Shown here: piece after piece, positions 39,534-48,380 of the stretch
Layout: each line of letters begins with the position of its first letter
Numbering within the stretch: position 1 is the stretch's first letter
Program-made: the position numbers and the translations under genes
NCBI GenBank assembly: GCA_965249725.1
Contig: CBDFMQ010000002.1
Location: 2,400,001-2,464,000 of the forward strand
Direction of reading: 5' to 3'
Length of the DNA: 64,000 nucleotides
From: Longimicrobiales bacterium
GTDB taxonomy: Bacteria; Gemmatimonadota; Gemmatimonadetes; Longimicrobiales; Gaopeijiaceae
Notes under the pieces: model-generated
Told to the model about the DNA's origin: nothing
Database searches by the model: none
What the model saw: the letters and a program-made list of their open reading frames with translations, nothing else

Positions 39534-40946
39534 CTAGTTCATCGGTGGCGCATCGTTGGGCCCGTCGTCCCAAAACTGAGCGCTCGAGACGTTGGGCATC
39601 GCCCAGTCGTCCCCGTTCCAACCGTTGAAGCCGTCGAGCCGGAAGGCCCAGAATCCAGTGTTGAGGTCACTCACCACGATGAGCCCGTCCGCGTTGCGGA
39701 TGTCCACGCCCCAGGCGCCGTCGTAGATGTTGCCTGTGGTCGCGTTGCCCGTCGGGTCGCCAAAGAGCGCGGGGCCTTGCCGGGTGTGGTAGTAGGCTTC
39801 GGTGAAGGGGTGAGTGGGATCGGTCATGTTGACGATCTGGAGTCCGTCGTCCTGGGCGGAGATGAAGACGTACGGCCAACGCATCTCATGGTTGTGGGTC
39901 GCCCCCCCGAACTTGGCGATCCAGGCTCCCACCCCCGACCCCCTGACGATGTTGGGCGTCTGTCCCTCGGAGCCGGGAGGCTGCAGATCGAAGAAGCGGA
40001 TCGGCGAGTGCTGGTAGGTGGGCTCGGGCATGCCGAGCGCGTAGCGCCCGTCCGGGGTGGGCGTGAAGGTGTGGCCGTTCTCGACCCCCGGTACGCCGGT
40101 AACGGAGGTGAGGAGCCGCGGGTTTTCCACGTCGGTGATGTCGAAGACGTGGAATCCCCCCGTTCCGGCGCCGTAGAAGCGATCCTGCTCGGCGTCGGGC
40201 AGGTAGCCCAGGTACATGTCGTGCCACTGGCGGGTGCGAGTGGCCGACGGTGAGGGGACGGCGATCGCCGACACTGGATCCGTGTTGCCCGCCCCGACCT
40301 GCGCCATGTCGTATACGAAGGCGTCCTTCGACTGTGTGGTCGCGACCAGCAGAGACCGGCCGTTGGTGTGTCTGTAGGTGAAGATGTTGTGAAAGCCTCC
40401 GGGTAGACCCGGCGGTCGGAGGTCGGCGACCTTCCGCACGCTGGAACCGTCCGGTAACCCGGTCACGTCGAAGACCATCGCTCCCAGGTCGAAGTCGGGC
40501 CCGCCCTGCCCGAACTGGCAGGACACGATCACGTAGTAGCGGCCCTCCGCCTTGGCGTACTTGATGTCCACGCATCCCGTGCCGAGGTGCAGGTCGGGGT
40601 CGTCCACGATGTAGCGGTACAGGACCTCAGGATGCTCCTCGTCCTCAAGGCTGATGGCATAGAAACCCGACCCGTTGAGCCGCTGCGAGATGTACACGAA
40701 CGGCCGATCCATCTCCTGCTCGATCTCGATGTCGGCGTGGCTGAAGCGCTGCCCGGGTAGCGGGATGTGTGAGACGACATCGATGTTGGGCGTACCTCGT
40801 TGGCCCACTGCGTAGCCCGTCTCCGGTTGAATGCAGGTAGGGTCGCCGAAGCACGTCACCTGGGCGTGGGCACTGGCAGCCATGAGGCCGACAGCGAGGG
40901 CCGACACCGCGAGCGTAACCGGAGTCGGTATTGTTCGCTTTCGCAT
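39534..40946 (-). CDS. Secreted LVIVD-repeat beta-propeller protein, paralogue P3
   Basis: Full-length colinear paralogue of P1. Confidence 0.85.
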   Translation of the reverse strand: MRKRTIPTPVTLAVSALAVGLMAASAHAQVTCFGDPTCIQPETGYAVGQRGTPNIDVVSHIPLPGQRFSHADIEIEQEMDRPFVYISQRLNGSGFYAISLEDEEHPEVLYRYIVDDPDLHLGTGCVDIKYAKAEGRYYVIVSCQFGQGGPDFDLGAMVFDVTGLPDGSSVRKVADLRPPGLPGGFHNIFTYRHTNGRSLLVATTQSKDAFVYDMAQVGAGNTDPVSAIAVPSPSATRTRQWHDMYLGYLPDAEQDRFYGAGTGGFHVFDITDVENPRLLTSVTGVPGVENGHTFTPTPDGRYALGMPEPTYQHSPIRFFDLQPPGSEGQTPNIVRGSGVGAWIAKFGGATHNHEMRWPYVFISAQDDGLQIVNMTDPTHPFTEAYYHTRQGPALFGDPTGNATTGNIYDGAWGVDIRNADGLIVVSDLNTGFWAFRLDGFNGWNGDDWAMPNVSSAQFWDDGPNDAPPMN

Positions 40947-41128
40947 GGATCACTCCTAACGTACTTGAAGCCTTGATAGAATACGTTCAGGTGGTGACGG
41001 GCTGGACATGGTCCGTCTGTTGGGCCGCTCGACGGTACTGCCCACCACCGACATTTGGGCGCGCACCGCCTTCTACGCCGACGGAGCCAGGGACGCAGCA
41101 GCAGCTATCAACCCGCGCATGATCCCCC

Positions 41129-42547
41129 TCAGCGGATCTGCTGTGGCTGATCCGGGCTCTGGTCCCAGTTCTGCGCGCTCGAGATGTTCGGCATGTTCCA
41201 GTCGTTTCCGTTCCAACCCTCGAATCCGTCGAGCCTGAACGCCCAGAAGCCGGTGTTGAGATCGCTCACCACGATGAGTCCATCCGCGTCCCGAATGTCG
41301 ATCCCCCAAGCGCCGTCGTAGATGTTGCCAGTGGTGGCCTGGCTCGGCCGTTGGCCGTTCCCATAGAGCATGGGACCGATGCGTGTGTTGTAGTACCCGA
41401 CCGTGTAGGGGTGCGAGGGGTCGGCCATGTTGACGATCTGCAGCCCGTCGTCCTGGGCCGAGATGAACACGTAGGGCCACCGGATCTCATGGTTGTGGGT
41501 CGAGCCCCCGAACTTGGCGATCCAGGCTCCGATGCCGGACCCCCTCACGATGTTCGGAGTCTGCCCCTCCGATCCCTCGGGCCGTAGGTCGAAGAAGCGG
41601 ACCGGTGAGTGCTGGTAGGTGGGCTCGGGCATACCGAGTCCGTAGCGCCCGTCCGGCGTGGGCGTGAACGTGTGCCCGTTCTCCACGCCGGGTACGCCCG
41701 TGACGGAGGTTAGGAGACGAGGATTCTCCACGTCCGTCATGTCGTAGACGTGGAAGCCTCCCGTGCCGGCACCGTAGAAGCGGTCCTGTCCGGCGTCGGG
41801 CAGGAACCCGACGTACATGTCGTGCCACTGGCGGGTGCGCGACCCGGAGGGCTGAGGAACGGAGATCGCCGAAACGGGGTCGAGATTACCTGATGCGAGT
41901 TGGGCGATATCGTAGATAAAGGCATCCTCCGACTGGGTCGTCGCCAACAACAGAGACCTTCCGTTGGAATGCCGGTACGTGTAGACGTTGTGGAAGCCCC
42001 CCGGAAGATCGGGCAGCCTGAGCTCCGCGACCTTCCGAACTGTCGACGCGTCCGGCAGTCCGGTCACGTCGAAGATCATCGCACCGAGATCGAAGTCCGG
42101 ACCGCCCTGGCCGAACTGGCAAGAGACGATCACGTAGTAACGGCCCTCGGCCTTGGCGTACTTGATGTCCACGCATCCGGTGCCGAGGTGGAGGTCCGGG
42201 TCGTCCACGGTATACCGATAGAGGACCTCGGGGTGAGCCTCATCCTCGAGGCTGATCGCGTAGAACCCCGACGCTCCGAACCGCTGAGAGATGTAGGCAA
42301 ACGGGCGATCCATCTCCTGCTCGATCTCGATGTCGGCGTGGCTGAAGATCACCCCCGGTAAGGGTTGGTGTGAGACGACCTCGATGTTCGGCGTGCCCGG
42401 CCTGCCCACGGGATAGCCCGTCTCCGGCTGGACGCAGGTCGGATCGCCGAAGCAAGTCACTTGCGCCGACGTGCCGGACGGCGACCAGCCGACAACGATC
42501 GCCGCCAACGCGAGTGTGAACCACAAAGGTGGTGTTCGGTGGTGCAT
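41129..42547 (-). CDS. Secreted LVIVD-repeat beta-propeller protein, paralogue P4
   Basis: Full-length paralogue; start MHHRTPP with GGAGCAATCC-ATG, matching the other three. Confidence 0.85.
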   Translation of the reverse strand: MHHRTPPLWFTLALAAIVVGWSPSGTSAQVTCFGDPTCVQPETGYPVGRPGTPNIEVVSHQPLPGVIFSHADIEIEQEMDRPFAYISQRFGASGFYAISLEDEAHPEVLYRYTVDDPDLHLGTGCVDIKYAKAEGRYYVIVSCQFGQGGPDFDLGAMIFDVTGLPDASTVRKVAELRLPDLPGGFHNVYTYRHSNGRSLLLATTQSEDAFIYDIAQLASGNLDPVSAISVPQPSGSRTRQWHDMYVGFLPDAGQDRFYGAGTGGFHVYDMTDVENPRLLTSVTGVPGVENGHTFTPTPDGRYGLGMPEPTYQHSPVRFFDLRPEGSEGQTPNIVRGSGIGAWIAKFGGSTHNHEIRWPYVFISAQDDGLQIVNMADPSHPYTVGYYNTRIGPMLYGNGQRPSQATTGNIYDGAWGIDIRDADGLIVVSDLNTGFWAFRLDGFEGWNGNDWNMPNISSAQNWDQSPDQPQQIR

Positions 42548-42595
42548 GGATTGCTCCAAGAAAAACAAGCGAGAGGTCTTCGAAGTTGCCGTCCT

Positions 42596-42688
42596 TACAG
42601 AGACGGCTGAACACGAAACACATGTTCGCACGTGTCCGCCCGTTCAGCCGTCTCTCTGTACCCTAGGAAGTGCCTGGCGAGCAGGCAC
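42596..42688 (-). other. Two intergenic stem-loops between the OMP gene and the LVIVD array
   Basis: 14-bp perfect stem AGAGACGGCTGAAC/GTTCAGCCGTCTCT with an inner hairpin; second hairpin GTGCCTG-N5-CAGGCAC. Confidence 0.6.
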
Positions 42689-42709
42689 CAACCCTACGCG
42701 TCCGGTGAC

Positions 42710-43312
42710 CTATAGATTCGGAACGAAAGTAAGCCCTACGCTCAGGCTCGTGTCGTACTGCGTTCCCTCGCCGGTGCTGGTTCGTCCGTAGAACCACTTC
42801 GAGCCCTCGACGAAACCCTCGAAGGATGAATCCGAAAGCGGAAGCGCGAGGCCGCCGCCCACACGACCGGCAACCTCGGAGAACTTGTAGTTCCTGCTGG
42901 GAGCCGTCCGATCGACCGTCACCATGCCACCACCCGCGATGAGGTAGGGGATTACCCCCGACACAGGAAAGCGGGCCTCCACCGCCGCGCCGTAGTAGAT
43001 GCGGTTAAAGTCCACCCCCTCGCCCGCCAAGACAGTGGTTTCTTGACCGCTACTCCACGCTTTCGACACGTCGCCGCGGACCGCCACGTTCGGGCTCATC
43101 CGGAACCTCAGCGTCGCGCCGATGTGGTACGCTGCGTCGAACTCGGTATCTCGAAACACGTCGAAGCCTCCGGGATCGGTCGTAAAGCCCCCGAAGCCGC
43201 TGAACCCAACCACGGTGCCGGGGGTCTGAGCCATCAGGGGCGACACGGAGGCACCAAACGCGACCACCACGAGGGCTGCGAAGCCCGCCCTGGTTCTGCA
43301 TGTAAAGTTCAT
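42710..43312 (-). CDS. Outer membrane beta-barrel protein (OmpA/OmpW-like 8-strand type)
   Basis: Signal peptide, alternating amphipathic strands, PYLIAGGG and terminal SVGLTF. Confidence 0.75.
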   Translation of the reverse strand: MNFTCRTRAGFAALVVVAFGASVSPLMAQTPGTVVGFSGFGGFTTDPGGFDVFRDTEFDAAYHIGATLRFRMSPNVAVRGDVSKAWSSGQETTVLAGEGVDFNRIYYGAAVEARFPVSGVIPYLIAGGGMVTVDRTAPSRNYKFSEVAGRVGGGLALPLSDSSFEGFVEGSKWFYGRTSTGEGTQYDTSLSVGLTFVPNL

Positions 43313-43367
43313 TTCGTCTACTCTCGTTTCACGGGAGCCTAAGGGGAGTCGGCGACTTCTCACTTTC

Positions 43368-44813
43368 TCAGTTGACGTCCCACCATACCGGCGTGGTGGG
43401 GCTGTCCCCCCCCTGCCGGGCTATCGCCTCAGCCAAGTTGGACTTGTTCAGATCTTCCTCGTTCGACGGATAAGGCGCCCGTAACGGGACCATGGGCTCG
43501 ACCGCTGCCGGTCCCGGCACCAAAGCGGGAATGCCCGTCCGACGGTAGTTCGCCCACGCTTCCATCCCGTTGTCGAACAGCGCGATCCACTTCTGGAACG
43601 CGATTTGCTCACTCCACGACGCAGGATCGTACTGGATGCGTGGCTGCGCCAAGTAATCGTCGATCTGTGCCTCCGGCACCTCGATTCGGGTCATCGCGGC
43701 ACGGATCCCGTCATGGTAGAACTCGGCCGGGTCTCCGGCGATCCACCCTCGGGCGGCCGCCTCGGCCTTGAGGAAGAGGACCTCTTCCAGTGTCATGAGC
43801 CACGTCGGCCGATCCGCCTCCTGGAACCACAAGCCCATGCGGGAAAGGCTTTCGAACGCAAGTCCGTGGGTGTCCGGCGTACCGTTGTCCTTCCCGACGT
43901 AGGTGTCGGTCTCGAAGGCCGCCTGGTACAACACGGCGATTCGGGGATCGTTTGTGCTCTTGAGCGAATCCGTCAGTGTGAGGCTGGCCCGGTAATCGTT
44001 GGGCCGGTTCCGGAAATACTCGGACCAGGGCTGCTCGTTGGGTGGCGCCCCGGGGTACTTCAGCGAGGCCGCTTGACCGGCATCGGTAATCGTCCCGTCC
44101 AGCACCGCCGACGCCACTACGGACTGAGCCCGCCCTGGATCGACTTCCGTCAGGCGCATGCCTGCCCGGAGGCGCACAGAGTTGGCAAAGCGTCGCCACG
44201 CCTCCATGTCCCCCTCATACAGGATGTCGAAGGCCGGGGCGGAGAAGAGGCTCTGCGAGGTCGTGATCATGTCCTGCGCCGACTTCAGGTCGCCGAGAAT
44301 GGCGTCGTAGATGGCGGCCTGGGCATCGTACACCGGGGATATGGGTCCGTCGGTACCCTGGGCCGACTGGGAGAAGGGGATGTCGCCCCAGATATCGGTC
44401 ATCACCTGGAACATCCACGACCTGTATATGAGCCCCACCGCCTCCACGTTGGGCCGCTGTTGCTCCCGACCCTGCTCGACCACTGCTTGAATGTCGACCA
44501 CTGGTCCGAGCCAGAACGCCTCCCAGCGGCCGTCGGAGAAGGTGGCCGGCATCTCATACCGGTCGTCATATCCGTAGTCGAGCGAAGCGTAGTGCTGCAC
44601 CCAAGGGCTAGCCCAGTCCATGCTGACCGATCTCTGGCCCAGCACCGTGTTCACGCTCTCCTGAATCAGTGCCGGCATCAGGAACTGCGCGTCCACCACC
44701 TCGGGGGCGTTGGGGTTCCGATTGACCTCGGTCAGGCTGTCCGTATCACATCCCGCCGAGAGCCCGACCACGAGGGCAAGGCCCAAAGCCGTGACTCCTC
44801 TTGTTGTATTCAT
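43368..44813 (-). CDS. SusD/RagB family nutrient-binding outer membrane lipoprotein
   Basis: LSAGC lipobox; NRNPN, TDIWGDIPFS, PVYDAQ, WRRFANSVRLR, QKWIALF and VWWD motifs. An alternative start at 44897 is possible. Confidence 0.92.
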   Translation of the reverse strand: MNTTRGVTALGLALVVGLSAGCDTDSLTEVNRNPNAPEVVDAQFLMPALIQESVNTVLGQRSVSMDWASPWVQHYASLDYGYDDRYEMPATFSDGRWEAFWLGPVVDIQAVVEQGREQQRPNVEAVGLIYRSWMFQVMTDIWGDIPFSQSAQGTDGPISPVYDAQAAIYDAILGDLKSAQDMITTSQSLFSAPAFDILYEGDMEAWRRFANSVRLRAGMRLTEVDPGRAQSVVASAVLDGTITDAGQAASLKYPGAPPNEQPWSEYFRNRPNDYRASLTLTDSLKSTNDPRIAVLYQAAFETDTYVGKDNGTPDTHGLAFESLSRMGLWFQEADRPTWLMTLEEVLFLKAEAAARGWIAGDPAEFYHDGIRAAMTRIEVPEAQIDDYLAQPRIQYDPASWSEQIAFQKWIALFDNGMEAWANYRRTGIPALVPGPAAVEPMVPLRAPYPSNEEDLNKSNLAEAIARQGGDSPTTPVWWDVN

Positions 44814-44893
44814 CCGTCTGCTCCGATTTTCAGGCGATCTCGGCTCGTTCGTTGAGGCACTGGTGCCTCTCGTTTCCCTCCGTTCGCCGCAGC

Positions 44894-47800
44894 TCATCGG
44901 AAGCTCACCGTGAACCCGATGCTCCGGGGAGTCGGGTTCAGGAACAGCTCCATCCCCTGGGCGTTCCCGCTGCTCGAGGTGAGCTCGGGGTCGATGTGCG
45001 GCACGTCGCTGAAGGCCAGGAGGTCCCGCCCCACGATCGCGATGCGGCCGCTCGAGACGGGCATCCTCCGGATGAGGGCCTCGGGGAAGGCGAAGCTCAA
45101 GGCTACCTCACGGAGCTTGACGAAGCTCGCGTCGTGCATGACGCGTTCATAGGCGTCGCTGTAGAGGTTCCGCCAGTACACCGTCAAGGGCAGGCCAACG
45201 TCGTTCGGCGTGCCGTCGGGCTTCACCCCTTCGTGCACGAGCGAGAAGGTCTCGCGTCCTGCCAGGGTCTCGATGAGCTGGCCGGTCCGCCGCTGGATCG
45301 CACAGGTCTGGCAGAAGATGTCCCCGCCTTTACGGACATCCAGCAGAACGGTGAGGTTCAGCCCGTGATAGCTGAAGGTGTTCCGGATGCCGGCCATCCA
45401 GTCCGCCTGGAAGTTCCCCAAGACCTGCTTCGTGTCCGTAGGGATCACGCGTCCGTCAAAGCCCACCATGACCCGGCCCTGGGCGTCCCTTTGGGACACC
45501 TGCCCCATCATGGTGCCGTAGGGCTCGCCGACCCGCGCCTCGACCGTTGCGCCGCGGCCCCCGCCGAGCACGATGGTCTCCAAACCTTCGGTGAGAGAGA
45601 TCACCTTGCTTTTGTTCGTCGACCAGTTCGTCTGGGTCGTCCAGGTCAGCCCGTTCACGTTGCGAAGGATGTCGAGGCCGAGCACCAGCTCGACGCCCTT
45701 GTTCTGCACCTCGCCCGCGTTCAGTAGGCGCTGGGCATATCCCGTGGTGTGGGAGATGTCCACGGGGAGGATCTGGTCGCTCGTGTTCGTCTTGTAGTAC
45801 GTCAGATCTATCATTCCGCGATCGTTGGCGAAGCGCAGCTCGGTGCCGACCTCGAAAGAGATGGTCTCCTCCGGCCGGAGTTCGCTGTTCGCGAGCTGGT
45901 TCGGGTGGGTAAAGCTGGGCGTGGACTCCCAGAACGGGCCTTGGCTGAAGACCGAGAGGAGCTGGAACGGTGCGGCTGCCGCGCCCACCTTCGCCCAACT
46001 TCCCCTGAGCTTGGCATAGGAGATAAGCTCGGGAAGCTCCAACACGTCACTCAGAACCAGGCTGCTCGACACCGAGGGGTAGAAGTACGAGTTGTTGTCC
46101 GCAGGGAGGGTCGACGACCAGTCTTTTCGGCCGGTTACATCGATGAAGGCCCAGCTCCGGTAGGAGAGCGTGGCCAGGCCATATAGGGAGTTCACGTGCT
46201 CCTCACCGAGGTACTGGTTCACGATCGGTGGTCCCGCGGAGTTCCCGACGTTGTATAGGCCCGGTACGTTCAGGCGCTCAACGTGCGTCAAGTTTTCGTC
46301 AACCAGGTTCCGCCGGATGTTGCCTCCAGCCCGGGCCGTGATCTGCACGTCGTCGGTCGGGTTGACATCCGCGGTGATCAGAAACTCGGCATTCGTTTCC
46401 TGCCGGTAGACCTTGTTGTTGATGAACTCACCCTCGGGATGTATCAGGCTGGCTGCCGGATGCTGCTCGAACCGCCGATGCGCCGACCAGTCCGTGCCGG
46501 CCCGGCCCATGGCGCTCAACCACCCGTTGAACTGGTACTCCCCCCTGATATGGCCGATGAATCGGTCCCGCGTGTCGTTGGTGGTCCGCTCCGAGGTGGT
46601 GTAATAAGGGCTGTCGAAGAAGTTGTGGTTCCAGTTCGGAATCCGGTCTTCCGGATGTCCGCTACGGGGGGTTTCACCCGTTTCCTTCCAAGCCTCGTAT
46701 GCACGCTTCAGCCGGTCGGTATCGTTCTGACGCTGCCAGTAGCTCAGGTTGATCGCAATGCTCTCAGGGAATCCCCGGAAGCGGGGGCGGTTCGACCCCT
46801 CGGTCTTGATGTAGCTGCCGGCACCGGTGACGCTCAGCCTATCCGTGAGGTCCAGACCACCGGCCAGGTTGAAGGTCTGACGCTTGAGCCCCGAGGTATG
46901 AACGAGCCCCGCCGCGTCCATCACAGTCGCGGAGAAACGGACGTGTCTGCCCTCTCCGGCCGCGGAAACGGCCAGGTTGGTGGTGGAGTTGTGTCCCGTC
47001 TCGAACATCTTGCGGGGACTGTAGGGACTGGGCAGGAACGCCTGTGGGTTCTCGTCCCACCACTGCGAGTACAACGTGCCGTCCATCGCCGGACCCCAAC
47101 TCTCGTCGGTGGCGTCGTTGAAGCCCGCCCCGGCGCCGTTCACCCAGTTGTAGCCGGCGGGCGTCTGGCCGCCGCCGTACAGGTTCTGCAACGTCGGCAT
47201 CTTGGCAGGAGTGCTAAAGGTGATTCCGGTGCTTCCCTCGACCTGGAAGCCGCTGGCCCTGGACCCGTTCTTGGTCGTGATGAGAATCACGCCGTTGGCC
47301 GCCCGGGAGCCGTACAGTGCTGCCGCGTTGGCGCCCTTGAGAATGGTGACGTCCTGGACGTCCGCGGGATTCAAGTCTTGAATCCCGTTTCCGTAGTCGA
47401 CTCCGCCGGCGCCCAGGTAGGTCACGCCGAAGTTCCCCGTACAGCCGGTGTTGCACTCGGCGTTGGAGCTGTTATCCACCGGGACCCCGTCCACGATGAA
47501 GAGGACCTGGTTGCCCCCGGAGATGGAGTTGAAGCCCCGGAGCACGACGCTCGAGGAGCCGCCAACGGGCCCCAGGTTCTTCACCACCAGACCCGCCGCC
47601 TTTCCCGCCAAGGTCGCAGAAATGTTATCCGTTGGCACCTCGCTGATAGTCGATCCGCGGATGTTGTCCACCGCATAACCGAGGCCCCGCTCATCCCGGC
47701 TGATGCCGAGAGCCGTGACGACCACGCCCTCGATTTCGATGGCCGAGAGGTCGAGGACGAAGTTGACAGGGACCGTCTGGCCAGCCTGAACCGTCACCTC

Positions 47801-48076
47801 TTGGCTTACGGTGGCGTACCCGATCAACTGAGCTGTGATCGTGTGAGTTCCGGCCGGCACACTCTGGATGACGTACCGACCGGTCCTGTTGGTCAGGGCC
47901 CCCATTTGCACGTCTGCGATCGATACCTGGCCACCCTCCAGCCCGATACCATCCGAGCCGGTGACGCTACCACTGATGATGCCCGTCTGTTGTGCCTCTA
48001 TGCCCTGGGGCAAACAGAAGACAAGAGTCGCCACCACTACTGCCAATGCTGTCAGCTGACCAATGTTCGAACGCAT
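44894..48076 (-). CDS. SusC/RagA family TonB-dependent transporter
   Basis: Carboxypeptidase-regulatory-like N-domain; VVVTALG, LFIVDGVP, ILKGANAAALYGSRAANGVILITTK and LRPEET motifs; AAGGAGG RBS. Confidence 0.95.
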   Translation of the reverse strand: MRSNIGQLTALAVVVATLVFCLPQGIEAQQTGIISGSVTGSDGIGLEGGQVSIADVQMGALTNRTGRYVIQSVPAGTHTITAQLIGYATVSQEVTVQAGQTVPVNFVLDLSAIEIEGVVVTALGISRDERGLGYAVDNIRGSTISEVPTDNISATLAGKAAGLVVKNLGPVGGSSSVVLRGFNSISGGNQVLFIVDGVPVDNSSNAECNTGCTGNFGVTYLGAGGVDYGNGIQDLNPADVQDVTILKGANAAALYGSRAANGVILITTKNGSRASGFQVEGSTGITFSTPAKMPTLQNLYGGGQTPAGYNWVNGAGAGFNDATDESWGPAMDGTLYSQWWDENPQAFLPSPYSPRKMFETGHNSTTNLAVSAAGEGRHVRFSATVMDAAGLVHTSGLKRQTFNLAGGLDLTDRLSVTGAGSYIKTEGSNRPRFRGFPESIAINLSYWQRQNDTDRLKRAYEAWKETGETPRSGHPEDRIPNWNHNFFDSPYYTTSERTTNDTRDRFIGHIRGEYQFNGWLSAMGRAGTDWSAHRRFEQHPAASLIHPEGEFINNKVYRQETNAEFLITADVNPTDDVQITARAGGNIRRNLVDENLTHVERLNVPGLYNVGNSAGPPIVNQYLGEEHVNSLYGLATLSYRSWAFIDVTGRKDWSSTLPADNNSYFYPSVSSSLVLSDVLELPELISYAKLRGSWAKVGAAAAPFQLLSVFSQGPFWESTPSFTHPNQLANSELRPEETISFEVGTELRFANDRGMIDLTYYKTNTSDQILPVDISHTTGYAQRLLNAGEVQNKGVELVLGLDILRNVNGLTWTTQTNWSTNKSKVISLTEGLETIVLGGGRGATVEARVGEPYGTMMGQVSQRDAQGRVMVGFDGRVIPTDTKQVLGNFQADWMAGIRNTFSYHGLNLTVLLDVRKGGDIFCQTCAIQRRTGQLIETLAGRETFSLVHEGVKPDGTPNDVGLPLTVYWRNLYSDAYERVMHDASFVKLREVALSFAFPEALIRRMPVSSGRIAIVGRDLLAFSDVPHIDPELTSSSGNAQGMELFLNPTPRSIGFTVSFR

Positions 48077-48087
48077 CTGAACCTCCT

Positions 48088-48113
48088 TGAACGATTCGCC
48101 CTGAACGATTCGC
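48088..48113. repeat. 12-bp direct repeat TGAACGATTCGC x2 next to the susC RBS
   Basis: Copies at 48088-48099 and 48102-48113. Confidence 0.6.
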
Positions 48114-48192
48114 GTGTGGCGCCCCCTGGCGCCTTGATACAGTCGTTGAGAATGCCAAGGCCCCGGATACGACCAAGATCCTACATGCATAC

Positions 48193-48229
48193 ACTACAAA
48201 CGACGTATCACATACTACAAACGACGTAT
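48193..48229. promoter_or_regulatory. 16-bp perfect direct repeat ACTACAAACGACGTAT x2 (21-bp period) in the susC promoter region
   Basis: Copies at 48193-48208 and 48214-48229; TTGACA on the minus strand at 48246-48251. Confidence 0.7.
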
Positions 48230-48380
48230 ACGGTCGGGGCGAGGTTGTCAAGGACGGCGGAGGCCTGGCCGGGGCTGCGGAGCAACATCGTCCGGAAGGA
48301 GCCGGCCGTTGCCAGGCCTGCTTTAGAGGAGGTGCGCCGCCTGGCAGCGCGGGAGAAACGGCCAGTCGCGGTAGCCCTCG

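Noticed and set aside
36619..42547. Paralogue array as a diversity-generating retroelement or invertible cassette system
   Set aside because: No reverse transcriptase or recombinase is present in the window, differences are not adenine-specific, and all four copies are full-length genes with their own RBS.
48193..48229. Direct repeats as a mini CRISPR array
   Set aside because: There are only two 16-bp copies with a 5-nt gap, and no cas genes.
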